A stretch of DNA of 64,000 nt from the human T2T-CHM13v2.0 reference genome, Homo sapiens: NCBI GenBank assembly GCA_009914755.4, contig CP086569.2, positions 7,520,001 to 7,584,000 on the forward strand, read 5' to 3'. Below are positions 59,001-64,000 of the stretch, one piece after another. Positions within the stretch are counted from its first letter, which is position 1, and each line of letters begins with the position of its first letter. The position numbers were made by a program, and so were the translations under genes. Below the pieces are notes generated by a model that was not told the DNA's origin, did no database searches, and was given only the letters and a program-made list of their open reading frames with translations.

Positions 59001-62000
59001 AGGAAAAACAAACACATACAAATGATGAGAACAAAATTATTTACAGAATAGGCGCATGGTATGTAAAAATACTTTCTGCTACTCTGGAACAGGCAGAAGA
59101 TTTACATCATCAGGGTGGGAGTCCCAGCAATATGCCATAACTCTCTCTTTATGTTGGACCTAGTTAGAGGAGAAACATCATCTGTATGCTGGGCCCAGCA
59201 ATAAACCAAAGTTCCTTTTCATAGTCATGGTTCAGGAAAAAAGAAGTCATATTACCTAAGTATTAGGCTTAGCAATATGTCACATCACCCCATTCTAAAG
59301 CCTCTTGCAGAAGAAAAGGTTCACATAACTTAAGACACAGGCTCAGATACAAGGCATGATGTCCCAAGTAGGTAGTGCTCATGCAGAAGAGAAGAGTCAT
59401 ATCACCTAGGTGCTTCCTAGGTATATGACACAATCTAACATGCGAGGGGAAACCAGGCAGAAGAGTCACTTCATCTTGATGCTGGGTTCTAAGTTATGTC
59501 ACATGGCTTCCTTAAGACAGCACACAGGCAAGAGAGTTACAAAAAATAAGTATGAAAAATGTCACAATGCTCCATAAGGACAGGACACAAGCAGGGAGCC
59601 ACATCACCTAGGTGACTGACCCATATATATATGTCACAATGTCCACATTGAGTCATGGCCCTGGTGAAAGAGTACCATCACCTGTGTGCATAGCCTAGCA
59701 ATATGTCACTATCTTAGTAAGCAGAACCCAAGCAGATTAGCAACATCACCTAGGTGATAGGCCAAGAGATTTGTCACAATGCCCTCTTTAGGACATAGTC
59801 CTAGCATATAAGTACTGTCACCTCTGTGCCTGGCCCAGTCATATATCACTATCACTCACTGTGTGCAGTACCCATTCTAATGGGGAGAGTTTTGTTGCCT
59901 AAGTGGTTGGCACAGTGGTATGTCCCAATGATTTCTGTATGCATGGCTCAGGCAAAAATGTAACATGACTTGGATACTGGATCTAGTGATATGTAGTGAC
60001 TCTTACTGAGAGCAGGGCCCAGGCAGGAGCATCATATCACCTAAAGTTTTGCTCACGTAGATATCACAATAGCATATGTGGGCTGGAACAAGTCTGGGAG
60101 TAAAATCACACAAGTGTTTGGCAAAGATTTATGTCACAGTCACACTGGCAGAAAATTCTCAGGATGAGATGTACAATACCACACATGTCCTGTTTTTATG
60201 ATTGACAGTTTGCATCGTATATGTGAGACAGTGACAGTGGTTACTGTCAGGTGGGTGTACATATAAGACTCACAGTTTCACCTTTCTCTTGGGTTCTGTT
60301 CTGAAACTCTTTGTATGAGCCAAGTTCTTTACAAAATATGAGGCTGTTGTAACCTTCCTTGTCTTCTTTTTTACCAGAAAGTGATTCAATCCATTGTGTT
60401 TCTGAAGCAAGTTATAAGGCTCAAAATTACTCCTATTTATGGGTACCACATATAACGGTCATTATCATGCCTGTAAGTTCTGCCTAGGTATATGTAACAA
60501 TTTACTCTGTGATGTGTTACAATATTCTCCTTGTAGGCAAAGTCCTGGCAGAAAAGTTGTATCACCTGGGGGTTACACCCATATATATGGCACAATGCCC
60601 CTTTTGGCACAGTCTCCAGACAGAAGAAGAGACTCATATCACCTATATGCTAGGCCCAGTGATATGTCAAAATGTCTCATGTTAAAGGGATCAGGCAAGA
60701 GAGTCATATCATTTGGATGGCATGCTTAGAAACACTATAATCCCCAGTGGAAGGAGGGTCCAGACAGGAGAGGAGAGTGAGATAACTAGATGGATGATGA
60801 GTCCAGTGCCTTCCTGAGGATACTGTTGAGACAGGAGAGTCAAATCGTCAAGGTGCTCAGCTGAGGAATATATCCAAATATCATTTGTGGGCAACATTTA
60901 GGCAGGATTATTAAGCCACTCAAGAGATGGGAAATGAAATATGTCACAATAACACTGGTGGAAAGCTCCAGGAATGGAAGTCTCCATCTTGGATATGACC
61001 TGGCTTCAGTTTTAAGCATCTTGATTGGTCCTCTCATTTGGTGTCAACTATATGGCACTATGTAATCTATAGGCAGAGAGAAAGCAGAAATGTCACATCA
61101 CCTGTGAGGGTGCTCGTCCTGTGAGATGTCACTTTTTTTCTTGTGGCCAGGACCCTGGAATAAAAGGTACATCACCTGGATGTTGATTTTAGTGATATAT
61201 CAAAATTTCTTCTGTGGGCAGGGCTTAAGGTGAGGAGAATCACTTTACCTAGACAATTGGCCTAGATATATGTCACAGTGGCTGCTATGTACAGAACCGA
61301 GGTATGAAAGTGACCTCACCTTGGTGCTGGGTTTATCAATATGTCACAATCTCCCCTGTGGTCAGAGCAAGGCAAGAAGGTAGAAACATCACCTAGGTGC
61401 TGAGCCAAGTGATATGTTACAAAGCTTTCTGTTTGTAGAACACAAAATTTAGTGTCATATTACCTGGGTGTAATATCCAGTTATGTGTCACAATTCACAT
61501 AATTGCAGGCAAAGGCAGTAGAAGTAAGCCACATCACTTATGTGATAGACCTAGATATAAGCCACAGTGCTTTATATAGGCAGGAATCAGGCAAAGAATT
61601 CACATTACCTGGGTGCCTGTCCCAGTGATATGTAAAAGTGCCATTTGTAGGCAGGAACATGTACCTTTTCTTAGGTGTTTGGTCCATGTATATAACAATT
61701 TCATCTCAGGTTATGGCCTAAGAAGGACAGTCAAATTACTCAGGAGCTGGGCTAACTTTTATGCCCTAATCACACACCAGGAAATATTCAAAAGTAAGTT
61801 TCACAGTCCCACACAAGTCCTGGCTTTGTGTACATAAGTAAACACCTCCTGTGAGGTGGGTCAAAACAGAGGAGACACAATCCCAACAATGGGCATAATC
61901 CATGTAAAAGATGGCAAAACCAGTTGATGACTGTCAAGTGGAGATGAGTGTCAAGTGGAGATGAGTGTCAAGTGGGAGAGTCACAGCCTCATATGTGCAC

Positions 62001-64000
62001 TGAATTATGCATCCCCAAATCACCTGTAGGTCAGATCAACATATGAGAGGAAAAATTTCATACTTTGACTGCTCTTTTGGTGAGATTTAGTACCTTATTT
62101 GGAGGCCATGTTCTTGTGAGGCAATGACAATTGTGTCTGATGAGTGTGAATCCAATAATCCCAATAGCATTGGGTTGCTGTTCACTGTTATAACACTATG
62201 TATACCTCTCACACTTTATATGATATGCTGGAGTGTCATAATACTGTGTGAACTTTATACCATTAGGAGACTCATTACTTTACTTATGGCTATAAGACTG
62301 GGTAGGAGCATCAAAATATCTCTCCTTTTTGGAGCCAGGTATGATAGTTATATTTGTGCATGGTAGGTGAACACAGGTGTATGTCAAACTTTTACCTGTG
62401 GGCAGAAACATGGCAGGAGAGTCTCATCACCTGGAAGGTGAGCTCAGGATACATTATAATCTCCTTTGCAGGCAGGGCCAAGTCAGAAGAGTCACATCAC
62501 CTGATTACAGCCTCAAGTAATGTGACACCATGTCAAATGTGAACAGGGTTAAAGAAATGGAGGAGAGTCACACAACCTAGATGCTGGGCTCAGCAACATG
62601 GAATAATCCCCATTTTGGCAGAATCTAGAATAAAGAGGAGAATTGCATTACCTAGGTTTTGCATTCAGCATCATGTCACAATTCTTTTAGCCGGCAGGAC
62701 CTAGGCCGCAGAGAAGAGTCACAATTCCTAGATGTTACACCCAGTGATGTCACAATGTTCTTTGGGGAAAAAGCACAAGCAAAATAGACAAATCACCTAG
62801 CAGATAGGCTCAGATATATATAATGTCCCTACCTTGCAGGACTAAGGCAAAAGAGTCACATTATTATGACTGTGACCTAACGATATGTCACAATGCACAC
62901 ATGGCAAACAATTAAGTCAGTTTTTACACCTGGGTACTAGGCCCAGTGATATGACAGAATCTCCTCATCTTTTAGATGACACCTTTAACTGTCAGCTTTG
63001 CGTGTATATAAGTCACATTGTCACATGTGTGCTGAACCATTACATGACACCCTTTAGAACATCTGAAAGTTTTTTACAACATGCATGAGATTTGCTAACT
63101 ACTCTGAGGTCTACATGGTCATATCAACTCTGAATCTTGTATATTGCCTTAAACCCAGACATGATAGTCAACATCTCTCATTTATGCTTAGTTCAGGAAT
63201 GAGACTTATTTTTATGCCTGTGAGATGGGTCTAAAAATGAGTCACTATTGAGCCTGTGGCAAAATCCCCAAATGAGAATCACAATTCCATCTTTGTACTG
63301 TTTTCACTTGTTAGAGTCAGCATCTCAAAAATGGGCTTTGTAAATGAGGGATGGTGACAACTTTTATTTGCACCTGCCTGTGTAATTGAGAGTCACAATC
63401 TTAAACATTTTGCTGGGCCTTGTGAGGAGAGTCTGTGTACCACCCAAGGAGTTTATACAATATTGATTATTGTTGTATACTTCTGTGAGCTTTGTACAAA
63501 TATGCAACCCAGGATTTTACCTATTGCCTTAAGCCTTGTGATGAGAGATAAAATATCTTCTATTGGCTGAATCAAATGTAAGTTTTACCATCATACCTGT
63601 GAACTGAAGCAAGCTATATTTCATAATCCCATTTCTCGGCAAAAAAGAGTCACATCATGTAGGTGATGTGGCATGTGATGTGGCATGCAGCATGTCACAG
63701 TGACTTCTCTAGGCAGAATATAGAAAGGAGGGTCACATTAACGAGGTGTTGGATCCAACAATATGATGAAATTTTACTTGTAAAACAACGTATCCAAGGG
63801 AAGAAAGCCACAACACTTACAGAATGGACTGAAAATGTGTCAAAATACTCTTTATGGCTCTGGCACTGAGAGGACAGTAGCATCATTAGGGTGCTGGACC
63901 CACCATTATGCAGTAACTCCCTCATTATTCAGGACTCTTGTAGAAGAGTAACATCATCTGACTGCAATAGGTCAAAATTTCCACTTGTGCAAATGGTTTA
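53012..64000. repeat. Tandem satellite array 2 (same monomer family and orientation as array 1), with a regular higher-order repeat of about 4.8 kb; continues past the window end
   Basis: Same 68-75 bp monomers as array 1. A segments at about 53677, 58503 and 63283; B at about 55295 and 60116; C at about 56935 and 61690. A-A, B-B and C-C spacings are about 4.76-4.83 kb. Confidence 0.75.

Overview
This window is not prokaryotic DNA. It reads as human (hominoid) genomic sequence made almost entirely of repeats, and I found no credible protein-coding gene or prokaryotic system in it. Nearly all ORFs in the six-frame track are artefacts of repeats. Two long tandem-satellite arrays (about 3771-20840, and 53012 to the window end) are built from roughly 68-75 bp monomers that resemble human beta satellite (Sau3A family) as I recall its consensus; I could not run a database search. 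The monomers are organised into a higher-order repeat of about 4.8 kb containing three distinctive diverged segments, which I call A, B and C. Some copies lack a segment, giving variants of about 3.0 kb and 3.4 kb. Between the arrays lies a roughly 32 kb island of transposable elements: an old class I endogenous retrovirus (ERV) on the minus strand (LTRs at 22010-22795 and 27850-28635, with degenerate reverse-transcriptase and envelope remnants); a related LTR copy at 1249-1914; at least ten Alu elements; several L1 fragments of different ages; and several micro- and minisatellites. At 49400-50125 on the minus strand there is a frameshifted fragment of a C2H2 zinc-finger exon resembling the KRAB-ZNF91 family. 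A beta satellite array next to a ZNF91-like fragment is typical of the pericentromeric ZNF cluster on chromosome 19p12; that assignment is an inference, not a database result. All coordinates come from reading the sequence by eye, and boundaries are approximate (about +/-10-30 bp).
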